Shown here one piece after another: positions 1-11,767 of a stretch of 64,000 nt of DNA. A program made the translations under genes and the position numbers. The notes below the pieces were generated by a model, which had not been told where the DNA came from, did not search any database, and saw nothing but the letters and a program-made list of their open reading frames with translations. The stretch is from Takakia lepidozioides. Taxonomy: Eukaryota > Plantae > Bryophyta. Each line of letters starts with the position of its first letter. Within the stretch, counting starts at the first letter, position 1. The stretch is from NCBI GenBank assembly GCA_030704615.1, contig CM060731.1, positions 44,826,001-44,890,000 of the forward strand, written 5' to 3'.

Positions 1-188
1 TACTACAGTCTTTCTGGAAGCTCCTCGTCATTGGTACAGGTTCTCAGTTCGAAGTGCTTTACATACATGGGGGCACTGCATCTTCCAGTGATGTTGGGTT
101 TCTTGATGCACTTTTCGGTTTTCTCTTGTGGCTGGACTCTGTGCCCATCGGCTGTCTGGGTGTGCTGTGGAATTAATAAATATCTTTC

Positions 189-208
189 CTCTCTCTCTCT
201 CTCTCTCT
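189..208. repeat. (CT)n microsatellite at the 5' junction of the LINE array
   Basis: ctctctctctctctctctct directly abuts the first LINE fragment (tttctagaggatatctgg). Confidence 0.9.
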
Positions 209-358
209 TTCTAGAGGATATCTGGAAAACCCGGATTAATTCTATATATGATGGTAAGTCACACTACCAACGTCAGCCCCTGACAGAGGTAGGTTCTGTC
301 CCTTTTGTTCCCGCTCAAACTGGGCGCGGGGTCAATGGCCACAAGGCTACGGCAAACA
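208..358 (+). mobile_element. LINE 3' fragment, array copy A
   Basis: Near-identical to 7066-7217 of the long copy; lacks the last ~16 nt and is joined directly to copy B. Confidence 0.9.
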
Positions 359-1367
359 GGAAACCATGCTTTGTCGCATTATTAGACCTGCCTTGGAGTA
401 CAGATCTGCTATATGGGTTGATAACTCCAACCAGGCTAAGTCTCTAGAATCCATTCAAGTGGGGGTGCTTAAGGAGTGTATGTCAGCATGCTCCAAAACA
501 GCCAATGTAGCTGTTCGGTGTGAGTTTGGCATTCCGTCCTTAAGCTCCCGACGAGATGAATTCAAGGTCAGATGGTGGGGTCAGCTGCAACATATGCCCA
601 ACACCAGATATCCTAAGTTAATCGACTCTATATCTTGGAAACAGGACCGCCCTGTCAAACAGGCTAAGTCCTGGCAGAAGAGAGTAGAAGAGATTCTCAA
701 GGACCTGGACCTGGATCCGCAAGCCTTGACCCTGCTGGATAAATCTGACTTAGAGGCTGTAGTGTCCTCAGCCATGTCTGTTGCCGTGAGATTGTCTGAT
801 GAAAATGAAGTTAGGCAGAAAACTTCCCTGAACTTGTTTCCAGTCTGTGACATGGGGGAGGACATCTTGGATGACCTCAAGGGTCTACCCACTCTCGGCA
901 CTAGACTGAAATTTAAACTCAGGGCAGGAAGCCTACCTTTGAACAGCAAACAGAAGCAGAGAGGAAAGGGAGAGTGCAATTGCCCGCTGTGTGGGCAATC
1001 TGAAGACAGTATTCATTTTCTGATACACTGTCCGGGGTTCTCTCACCAAAGAGACGCTCTCTTCAACTCTATCAAGGGAATTGTGCCTGTTCCCCTGTTT
1101 AACAATTTTGAAAGTCTCGAGGCTGAGCCAAAAGCCCAGGCCCTTCTGAGGCCTAGTTTTTGGCAAATCACACACAGCAGATTGATGCTTGTGTGAAGGG
1201 ATTTCTAGAGGATATCTGGAAAACCTGGATTAATTCTATATATGATGGTAAGTCACACTACCAACGTCAGCCCCTGACAGAGGTAGGTTCTGTCCCTTTT
1301 GTTCCCGCTCAAACTGGGCGCGGGGTTAATGGCCACAAGGCTACGGCAAACAACGTCTTATGAGTAC
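359..1367 (+). mobile_element. 5'-truncated LINE, array copy B (post-RT region and CCHC finger)
   Basis: Matches ~6223-7232; encodes CPLCGQSEDSIHFLIHC; ends ...aacgtcttatgagtac. Confidence 0.95.
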
Positions 1368-1379
1368 AATCTCACTCCC

Positions 1380-2052
1380 TTCTCAAGGACCTGGACCTGG
1401 AACCGCAAGTCTTGACCCTGCTGGATAAATCTGACTTAGAGGCTGTAGTGTCCAAAGCCATGTCTGTTGCCATGAGATTGTCTGATGAAAATGAAGTTAG
1501 GCAGAAAACTTCCCTGAACTTGTTTCCAGTCAGTGACATGGGGGAGGACATCTTGGATGACCTCAAGGGTCTACCCACTCTCGGCACTAGACTGAAATTT
1601 AAACTCAGGGCAGGAAGCCTACCTTTGAACAGCAAACAGAAGCAGAGAGGAAAGGGAGAGTGCAATTGCCCGTTGTGTGGGCAATCTGAAGACAGTATTC
1701 ATTTTCTGATACACTGTTCGGGGTTCTCTCACCAAAGAGACGCTCTCTTCAAATCTATCAAGGGAATTGTGCCTGTACCTCTGTTTACCAACTTTGAAAG
1801 TCTCGAGGCTGAGCCAAAAGCCCAGGCCCTTCTGAGGCCTAGTTTTTGGGCAAATCACACAGCAGATTGATGCTTGTGTGAAGGGATTTCTAGAGGATAT
1901 CTGGAAAACCCGGATTAATTCTATATATGAAGGTAAGTCTTACTACCAACGTCAGCCCCTGACAGAGGTAGGTTCTGTTCCTTTTGTTTCCGCTCAAACT
2001 GGGTGCGGGGTCAATGGCCACAAGGCTACGGCAAACAACGTCTTATGAGTAC
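1380..2052 (+). mobile_element. 5'-truncated LINE, array copy C
   Basis: Matches ~6558-7232; same terminus tatgagtac; preceded by the spacer aatctcactccct. Confidence 0.95.
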
Positions 2053-2063
2053 AATCTCTCCCT

Positions 2064-2159
2064 CCCTGACAAAGGTAGTTTCTGTCCCTTTGTGTTCCGC
2101 TCAAACTGGGCGCGTGGTCAATGGCCACAAGGCTGCAGCAAACAACGTCTTATGAGTAC
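2064..2159 (+). mobile_element. LINE 3' end fragment, array copy D
   Basis: Matches ~7137-7232; ends tatgagtac, followed by gttctctctctccc. Confidence 0.9.
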
Positions 2160-2532
2160 GTTCTCTCTCTCCCTTCCTTGCTTTAGACCCATAACTGGTA
2201 AGGGTGATTGCAATCTGGGGACTGAGTGGCTGCAATTTTGGAAATGTGGCTTAAGGCGTCGTTCCTGGTCATGTGAAGTGATTATTTCTTTCTCCAAGAA
2301 TGGGCAGAGCAGAGAGTGGAATCTTGAGGAGGTATCTTCAGCAGGTAGCAATTGGCAGTGTGGATTGTGTTTATTCCCTTGTGAGTCTCTTAAGAGCATA
2401 TTTACAAGTCAATTTCATTCGAACATCTAGAAGTGAGCGTTGAACTCTTACGACCGCAGTGAGAGTATGTTCTGCTAGACTTAAGTTATACCTGCTTGAA
2501 ATCCTTCCTAACGGATACTGGAACAACTGTGA

Positions 2533-5500
2533 TTCTCCCTGTCCTCTAGGAAGCCTATTGCCATTGGGTGGACTTGCTACAGGAGTACATTAATGTCTCT
2601 ATGACTAAATGCCGGCCTTGTGACCTCGTTTCTTTGTTTGTTTCGACCTGAAGCGCTTTGCTCCAGGTAAGGTAGTGCGTTGGATTTAGTTGGAAAGCTT
2701 GGGGCCTTTCCCTCTTCAGAATATGCCTACACGGGCCATTCCCTGCAACTCCCTGGAGTGTGATCTCTGAATGGTAACAAGCGGACCCCTACTGCTTGGG
2801 GGCAGCCCCTCCGCCCAAATTGGGCAGTCGTATGCTCTGTCTAGCATACTCGGCACTTGGGCTAGGGTTGGTCCTTGTGCTTAAACTTATGGCCTACGAA
2901 AACAATCATTACATTACCTACTGTCAACAGCAACACTCCCCAGGGGATTCCTGGGAATTGGTCACTTATGCCAAATCCAGGGCTTCATGTGTAGTTTTTG
3001 GGGTGGATCCCAGGATGGACGCTGTGTCCTTTAAAACTACATGCTCTAGCTTAGGCTTGGATTTCATGGCCAATGGCTCCATCTCGAGACTTGATAACAG
3101 GGGTACTTTGAAGGTTGCAATGCCCAAAAATGCTTCTAATAGAGTCTCACATCAACTCAATCTCAAAGAAGTTCGTCCCTTGACTGGCTGGAGGGCGGTT
3201 TTAGACATTGTTGATTCAATGGGGCGCTCTAGGAAGACAACCAAGGGCAGGGACTTCAACTTGAGAGTTTCTAATCGGTTTGATGCTCTGGACGAGGTTG
3301 AATCCAAGCAGCCTGACGGACAATCTGCCCATAAGTGTACAGAATCTGAATGTCGTGTATCTGAAGGATTTGGTACTCTGAACGGTTTACCAATCCTCAA
3401 AGTTTACACAAGACGTGCAAAATCTATACATGGGGTAATTGTCACTAAGCAGTCAGACGGACAACTTGTCCCTAAGTGTGCGGAGTCTGACCGTCGTGTA
3501 ACTGAAGGATTTGGTACTCTGAATGGTTTACCAATTCTCAAAGTTTACACAAGACGAGCATAATCTACACACGGGGTAACTGTCCCCCCTTTGCAGAACG
3601 GTTGGCCGTCCAGGAGCAATCTTAAGCTACCTAGACGACAAACAATTCACATGCAAAGGGCTGGCTTGCGGCTGGCCACTTTCAACTTCTCAGGGCTGAC
3701 TAACCAAAGGAAACAACTCGAAGTGGGACAAGTTCTTCGGACTAATGATATTCATATCTGTGCTGGGCAAGAAACATGGGAAACGTCGGATAAACTGGTT
3801 GGAGATGTCAATGGTTATAAATGGGCAGGTAAGATGTGTACTCTCAAGGCAGCCTCTGCCAAACGCGGTCAAAAGGGGGTTGGATTCTTTGTCTGTGATT
3901 TCTTGTTTGACAATTGTGACATTATCAACAGGGGTTTGAGGTACAAGCATAGTATCTGGCTAAAGCTGAAACTGAAGGGCGGCATGAGTACAAAGGACCT
4001 CTTTGTGGGTTGTGTTTACAGCCCACAGAGGGGACTCTTAGTGCTGACGCAGACAAAGCCTTCGAAGATGTAAAGCTAGACTGTGCTTCGTTCCTTGCCA
4101 AAGGTCAGGTGATTTTATTGGGTGACTTCAATGCCCGGGTGGGTAAAGGTCTCCATCAGGATGATATCATTGGGCCTTTTGGTGAGGACGAGCTGAACTT
4201 TAATGGCTGGAAGAGCTTCAGCTTCTGGCCTTGAACAATAGGGCAAAAGGTGACCAAGTGCAGTGGACTCGTGAGAAAGCCCAAACTGGGGAACGTTCCA
4301 TTGTGGATTATATCATAATGGACGAAAATTTGTTTCCCCAGAGTGCCAATGTGTTGATCGACAGAACTGATATTGGTACCTCTGACCACTTCCTGGTTTG
4401 GACTGAGATCAAAAGGTGTTTTCCCAACACCAAGAGATCTGTGAAACGTTCGATTCGGAAGTGGCGCATAGAAAAATTCCATAATGAAGAGGTCAAGGCT
4501 GAGTATGTCCAGCCCTTGCAAGAGGCTCTTCCTCATTTTGTCCATTTGCTCCAAGACCTTCAGTCTCGCGCTGACAATGCAAGAAATGAAGTCGAAAGAG
4601 CAGTGGATTCTTGGGAGAGTTTCGTCTCCTCTGCGGCTAACAAGATCATTGGGAGGAAACTAATTGTCTGCGGTAGAGCTGTTAATTGGTGGACTAATGA
4701 GATTAAACTCAAGATAGCTGAGAGATGAGTCCTTTATAAAGAGTGCTGCAATTTGAGAACCAACAAAGAATCGTGGGCGAGGTACTACCAGATCCGTAAA
4801 GATATCAATCTGCTTGTAAGGGCTCAGAAGAAATTATACTGGGACAAGTTGTACAGTGAAATAAACTCAAACCACCATGGTGGTAATGACAAGAGATTCT
4901 GGCTCGCCCTTCAACGCTTGTACAAGCCGAAAAGTTGTCAGCAAGTACAAGCGCTGAAGACTACTAAGGGTGCAGTGGTAACTTCACCGGTTGACATTGT
5001 CAAAACCTTTGAAACCCACTACAGTATCCTTGGCAGAACTTCTAGGTCTAACAGTGAGGGGTCCTCTGATGAATGGAAGGACACAGTTGGTAAACTGTTC
5101 AAAACAGCCCTGATGAACTGGAGTATATTTCAAAAACCTACAACGCTCCCATTAGTTCTTCTGAGATTGTGGAAGCAATTGAACATCTAAATGGATATAA
5201 AGCAGGTGGTCCTGATGGCATAGTGAACGAGCTTATCAAGCACGGTGGCAATCCCATGATAGAGGCCCTAGTTCTCCTCTTTAGCCTTATCTGGAAGACT
5301 GAAATGATCCCCTTTCGCTGGCGACAGGGGTTCATTGTCAATCTATATAAGAAGGGTGACAGAGAAGACCCGGGGAACTATCGTGGCATCACGCTCCTCA
5401 ATGCTGTTGGCAAGATATTTTGCAGAGTTATAAGTACTCGTCTCGAGGTTGATCTGGAATCTAGAGGTTGTTTTCACGAAGGCCAAGCTGGCTTTCGGCG

Positions 5501-7232
5501 AAACAGGGGCTGTGTGGACCATATCTTCACTCTAAGCCAGATTATCCAGGGAAGGAAAAAAGAAGGGAAACCCACTTATGTTTTTTCTTGGATGTCAAAA
5601 AGGCTTATGACACAGTGTGGAGAGATGGTCTATGGCTCCGCCTCTGGTCTTGCGGAATCAAGGGAAAAATGTGGAGAGTTGTCCATAACTTGTATGCTCA
5701 CACCAAAAGCTGTGTCACTGTTAATGGACAGAAGTCTAACTTCTTTGACATAGACCAAGGTGTAGCTCAAGGATGTACCCTCTCCCCTCTGCTCTTCAAT
5801 GTTTTTATCAATCAACTCCTCGAGGATGTGGAACGTGAGGGATTTGGGTTAAGGGTGGGTGATGCCACCATTCCAGCCCTTATGTTTGCGGATGACTTCG
5901 CAGGCATAGGGGAGACTCCTTCCAACCTCCAGGAATTGATTGATTGCTCGAAGAGATACTTTGATCTTTGGGGGCTAGAGGCTAATGTCAGTAAATGTGC
6001 AGTGGTGGCATTCAACGACAGAGGAGAGGGAGGAAGTAATCGTAAGTGGCAGTGGGGTAGCCAAGAGATTCCAGTCCTCCCTTCCTACACATACCTGGGC
6101 GTTGAGTTTTCCTCGAACTGTAACTGGGATGCACATATCCAGAATGTTGTACAAACTGGCAAGGGCAAAGCGCTGAGTCTCACTAAATTTTTCCACTGCA
6201 GAGGGATTAACTCTGAGGTCAAGAAAACCTTGCTTTGCCGCGTTATTAGACCTGCCTTGGTGTACGGATCTTCTATATGGGTTGATAACTCCAACCAGGC
6301 TAAGTCTCTAGAATCCATTCAAGTGGGGGTGCTTAAGGAGTGCATGTCAGCATGCTCCAAAACAGCCAATGTGGCTGTTCGGGGTGAGTTTGGCATCCCT
6401 TCCTTAAGCTCCCGACGAGATGAATTCAAGGTCAGATGGTGGGGTCAGTTGCAACACATGTCCAACACCAGATACCCTAAGTTAATCGACTCTATATCTT
6501 GGAAACAGGACCGCCCTGTCAAACAGGCTAAGTCCTGGCAGAAGAGAGTAGAAGAGATTCTCAAGGATCTGAATCTGGACCCACAAGTCTTGACCTTGCT
6601 GGATAAATCTGACTTAGAGACTGTAGTGTCCAAAGCCATGTCTGTTACCAGAAAATTGTCTGATGCAAATGAAGTTAGGCAGAAAACTTCCCTGAACCTG
6701 TTTCCAGTCTGTGACATGGGGGAGGATATCATGGATGACCTCAAGGGTCTACCCACTCTCGGCACCAGACTGAAATTTAAACTCAGGGCAGGAAGCCTAC
6801 CTTTGAACAGCAAACAGAAGCAGAGAGGAAAGGGAGAGTGCAATTGCCTGTTGTGTGGGCAACCCGAAGACAATATTCATTTTCTGATTCATTGTCCGGG
6901 GTGCTCTCACCAGAGAGAATCTCTCCTCCAATCTATCAAGAGAATTGTGCCTGTACCTCTCTTTACCAACTTTGAAAGTCTCGAGGCTGAGCCAAAAGCC
7001 CAGGCCCTTCTGAGGCCTAGTTTTTGGGCAAATCACACACAGCAGATTGATGCTTGTGTGAAGGGATTTCTAGAGTATATCTGAAAAACCCGGATTAATT
7101 CTATATATGAAGGTAAGTCTTACTACCAATGTCAGCCCCTGACAGAGGTAGGTTCTGTCCCTTTGGTTTCTGCTCAAACTGGGCGCGGGGTCAATGGCCA
7201 CAAGGCTACGGCAAACAACGTCTTATTAGTAC
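2533..7232 (+). mobile_element. Near full-length non-LTR retrotransposon (RTE/RTE-X-like LINE), inactivated by a few stops and frameshifts
   Basis: APE motifs (TFNFSGL, QET, GVGF, LLGDFNARVG, IVDYI, SDHFLV); RT motifs (KAGGPDGI, YKKGD..PGNYRGITLL, QAGFR, FLDVKKAYD, GVAQGCTLSPLLFN, MFADD, YTYLGV); C-terminal CxxC..HxxxxC. Candidate 17-bp TSD: tactggaacaactgtga (2516-2532) and tactgaaacaactgtga (7230-7246). The clade call is an inference from motif style. Confidence 0.92.
3306..3587 (+). repeat. Two-unit 141-bp (47-aa) tandem repeat inside the LINE N-terminal coding region
   Basis: Units 3306-3446 and 3447-3587: KQ.DGQ...KC.ES..RV.EGFGTLNGLPILKVYTRRA. Confidence 0.9.
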
Positions 7233-7448
7233 TGAAACAACTGTGAGGAGACCCTGTCTAGGAACCTGTATGGTTGTCTTGCTCTTCACTACATTTTGAG
7301 AGCTTCCCTCAATTATCTGAAGTGAAGTAGATCAAGTATGAAGGGGATCAATGACCAAAAGTGGCTTCCCTTTGCAAAGGAGAATCTGAGGGCTGCCATA
7401 TCAAGTTGCCATTCCAGTTCTAATATGTTGATGATGGTGATTGACAGA

Positions 7449-10400
7449 CGAGGGAGCTGGAAACGACAAGGAATAACCAACCAAGCAGATTGGCAGATGC
7501 TCGTAGCGCTAATTCCGAACAGAAATCGTTGGGGCGATCTGGCAGCAGCAACAGCTGTAGCAAGGCTTCGTCTAGAAGCACAGGTGTTGCAGATGGCGCA
7601 AGCCACCATGCTGGGTTTGTCTTTTTGTGCCCTGGTTCATCTACTCATGAGGATTTCATCAGGCATAAGACATGTGAACTGAGATGACAATCAAGTTGCG
7701 TCTGATTCTTGTGCAGGCAGTAGCAGCAGTAATTTAAGATAAACTGTGCTGTATGTTGTTGTAAGTTGTAGAAGTGGGCATTAAAAGACATGGACAGCCT
7801 CTGCAGATAGGAAAGTGAGGGATTAAGGAGATACTGGTTGGTGGGACTGCAGGAATGTGGTGCGCTCTTATACAATGCTGTTCTCTAGGAATCCAGACCA
7901 ATCAAACAGTGGTGTAAGCAGCTCTGAGGCAGGATTGAAGACCGGTCAGGGGCCTACACTGAAGGGTTTATCCAGTGGGACAGAGAGAAGCGAGGCCACT
8001 GATGGTAATGTTGATTCAGGCATAAGTGAGCGGTTGGTGGTAGCCCTGCAGCAGGAAGTGGATCAGCTTTCGACTGCCCTTGCCACTCAGTCCAAAGTGG
8101 TAAGAGGGAGGGGGTACATGAGAGAGAAAGAAAGAAAGAAAAATTCTTTAACATACTGTCCCATGAGATTCTGGGGAACTTAAGGAACAGTATTGCATAA
8201 CAAATAAAAACCGTTAGTGATACTAGGAGATTGAGTGAGGGCAGGTTTTTGATCTGAAAGGGAAATGATGGTTGCACTGATTCATGTTTGAGTGCAGATC
8301 ATTTTACATTTCACCTGTTATACCCCAAGTCCACAGAGCTTATGGTTCAGTAAAAGGAAGACGGATATGGTCTAGCCATATTCAACAGTGAGGATCCAGG
8401 AGTTAGTTCAGTTGTCAAATACGATGACAAATATCTTTTGTGGTTTGGATGTGTTTGGCTGCATCTCCAGCAGGTGTGAAAGTTCAACAGTTGTATGCCT
8501 GTGAAACTATCGCACTTCTTTTTATCATACGCTTGTGTTGATGGGCAGGTAACAGAGACAAGGGAGGCTACAGGCAGGCTTATTGATGAATTCCAGGTGA
8601 GTGAAAACTTTGCCTGCAGATTGTTTGCTCTCTTTTCAAGCATGTTTGCTTTTTTTTGTAACTTCCCATATCTTTAAAGGCATACGTTGTTCCAATCACT
8701 GCACAGTGATTGCCACAAACAAGTGTTTCTTGCATTCAATTGTGACTCCCCTTGATCCTCTGCTTGAAGCCAGTGAAGTGGGTTTTATAGCTGGGAACTC
8801 ATAGCTTAGTAATTCTGGTCAAGTTTTATGCTGTGCAGAGTCATGATACTACCGTTGGCAACAAGCAAAAGTGGACAGATGCTGCACCCAAGGAACCAAA
8901 TCCAGAAGAACCCAATTGGGGCGAGCTTTCGCAACACCTCTCTTTTTCCACTAGTGCGACATCGGCTGCACAGGTGGGCTGTTGAGTGTCTATGCCAGCT
9001 ACCATTATGATATAATGGGCTAGGAGAAGTCATTAAGAATTTATGTCTAGATACAGTTCCACTGTCAGTTTTGTTATTCTGTCTGCTGACTGTATGGTTT
9101 GGACAACAGGTACAGGAATTAAGTCACAAGCTGGAGCAAGTAGCAAAACAACAACGTGTGGAAGAGGAGATGGCAGAGCTTACTAAACATCAGGCTAAAA
9201 TAGCAGAACTCAAGCACCGCGTTGCCAAATTGACTGCCAAGTGCCACCTCTTGAATGCACGGGCAAGCGAGGATGAAGTTCGCGATGAACACACCCTTCG
9301 AGTTGCTGCCTTGATTTTGGAACTTGCTAATAAGCTTGCTGTACAGGTGTGTGTTTGATATTGATTGTTTCATGACCACAATCATAAAATTGTTACTCTT
9401 GCAATGCAAAATCTTGAGCAGTTTCTCTACACCTCAGGGTCTACTTGAACCTGCAAGCAGCATGGCAATTGTAAATCCTTGCAATGTTGACCGGCGGGTA
9501 TACATGCATTTTGCTTTCAGGAAGAGCAAGCGAGGCAGACTTCAATCCAGGTCCAACGACTTTCGGCCTCATTCCAACTTTCCTCCCCTTTTATTTCAAG
9601 ATCCAAGGTGCGTGGACTCTTCTTTTTCTATAACTTCATTCTGCCATTGGCTTGTCCAACTTCCATGGTAATTTCAGGCTGAGTTTCCATGCCTTGATGG
9701 GTAGGAAACCCGTAACCTGCTCCAGTAGGATTGATTCTTATTTGCACTTTATCCTGTCATAGGTCAAAGAGATTGTCCCTATCTGGGTCTATGATTGCAA
9801 GAACCCTATGTTTAGGTAGTCTATCCATCAAGTAGATTCAAACTCTGCCTCGATTCAATGCACAGAAAGAAGACCTGCAGAAGCTGCTACAGGAGAGGAG
9901 CAATCCCGCAGACAGGCCCACAGAAAGCAATGGTCAGTGGGAGCATAGTCTTATCTTAGCTGGCCGGCCTACTGCTCAGCCCAGGTAGACCCATCATTCA
10001 ATTTACAGCTGCGTAACTAATTCCAGAGTGGTTGTATCTGCCTAGTTTCTGCTGCTAACATAAGGTCCTGACTTCTTCAGTACTCTGCATCACCACGCTA
10101 CTATCAGGATTCAGTTCTGGTTTCTGATTGGTTTGTTGAGTGGGTTATATACGTTGGTTTGTTGTAGAACAACCATGCCCCTAGCATTCATCACAGTTTT
10201 CGGTTTGTAATTATCCAATTATTTTTGCTAACATGGAATCTGAGATTTTTGACGATGCATGAGCAAGGGAGCAGCCTTATGTTCTCCACAAAGTGCACAA
10301 CCGTTGTCTCCCCAAGTGTGAATCATTTAGTATCTGAGCTTTCTGTGTGGTAAAATGAAAGCATTAAATTAACAGAGAAGCCAAACACTGGCCTAATATG

Positions 10401-11767
10401 AGCGTGTTGTGTCTGGTTGTGACACACTTGCCCTTTTCTCCAGGTATATTGCAGGGCAGGAACAAAAGCCAAAAAAAAATGGTGCTAGCTTGTTTGACCG
10501 CCACATCTTGTTTTCCTCTGCAGAGTCTGCCAGGCCTAGTACTAATCCAGAGCCTACACACCATGTGACGCCAGGAAGGGTCTTAAAGCAGCCATACCAG
10601 TTCCGATTAGGTACACCTTCCAAAGTGCGAAGAGTGTTGTCAATTAAGGACAGGAAGAGTTCGCTCACAAAGCAGGATCACGGAAGCGGGAGTAGACAGG
10701 ATATGACGAAGTTATTGAAAAGGGGGAACTCTCTGCCAGCCAGGGTTGAGTTTGGTGAGGTGGAGGTGACTAGTGGAATTCTGAGTGGCATCTTGGAAAT
10801 GGCTGAAAACCCCCAAACAGACATCACATCGAGCTCTAGTACTGGCGACTGTCTTAGTTCAGAGAAACCTTTTCAAAAGGAAAACTTTCTAAATGATGCA
10901 ATGACCTTGCAGCAGCCCGTCAAAAGGAACGATCCTTCCTACACTAAAACCTGTTCTCAAGACACAAATAGTGCTTCACAACAGGCTGGAGAAAAGGAGG
11001 CACAGGAAAATAGTGAGTGGTCAATGGAAGAAGAGGTTGCACGGTTGACTCTGGAGATAGAACAAGTCATGGCAGAGACTTCAGCAGTAGCCCTGACTGG
11101 TAGTCCCATTCGCGAGAAATGGTTCTCACCAACTTTCAGTGACAACTACTCCCCAGAGGTCCGGATAGGGAGCCCCACTGTGACTGGAGATCTGCCAACT
11201 CCACGCCTTGGGCTTGATGCTACCAGCAGCACGTTGAGAAGGTTGCAATTCATTTCAGATAAGATCCCAAACAACCATGTGCTTTTGGGTCAAGTCTCAT
11301 CAAGTGGAGCTAAAAGGTCTGTGACGGAAGAGATATCCTCCGCAAACTATTCCAACTTGGACTACTTGGCATCTTACTCGTTGGCATCCATCCCTGGGTC
11401 AGCGGCTCTCTCGCCCTTTTCAAAGATGATGGCCTGCCTAGACTTGCAGCAACCGTCGCCTGCCACGTCTCTGGAGGAGTCTGAATCACACAGGGAAGCT
11501 GTCTCTGAAGTTCCAGGGGAGATAAATAGAGGGGGTTCAAGGCGCCAAGAAGCTGATGAGCCATTGACACCTCCCAGGTCCCCAGAGATTGGAGGGAGTA
11601 GAGGCTCAGAATCAATAGGGTCAGTCGACTCAGCTTTTAATGAGATTTTGGACCATACTCTTGATGATCTCGTCAGGGTATGCTCAACAGCAACCACATC
11701 TGCAGGAACCCCCACATCCAGTTCTCTTTCTCATGGACAGGATGGGAGGAATGGGTCATATTTCTGA
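7449..11767 (+). CDS. 3' part of a multi-exon coiled-coil protein of unknown family with a long Ser/Pro-rich last exon; 5' end lies upstream
   Basis: Phase-consistent GT-AG exons 7449-7614, 7889-8099, 8549-8596, 9110-9346, 9521-9607, 9836-9984 and 10444-11767 (TGA); heptad-like segments (LQQEVDQLSTAL, VQELSHKLEQV..IAELKHRVAKL). A further exon is possible at 2308-2344 (AESGILRRYLQQ). Confidence 0.7.

Noticed and set aside
208-2159. Repeat-spacer appearance suggestive of a CRISPR array
   Set aside because: Units are long, unequal LINE 3' fragments in a eukaryotic genome, and there are no cas genes
581-7036. Recurring antisense ORFs (MHSPFPLCFCLLFKG..., ..[13 protein letters not shown]..)
   Set aside because: They recur only because they are the reverse strand of repeated LINE copies; there is no independent coding evidence
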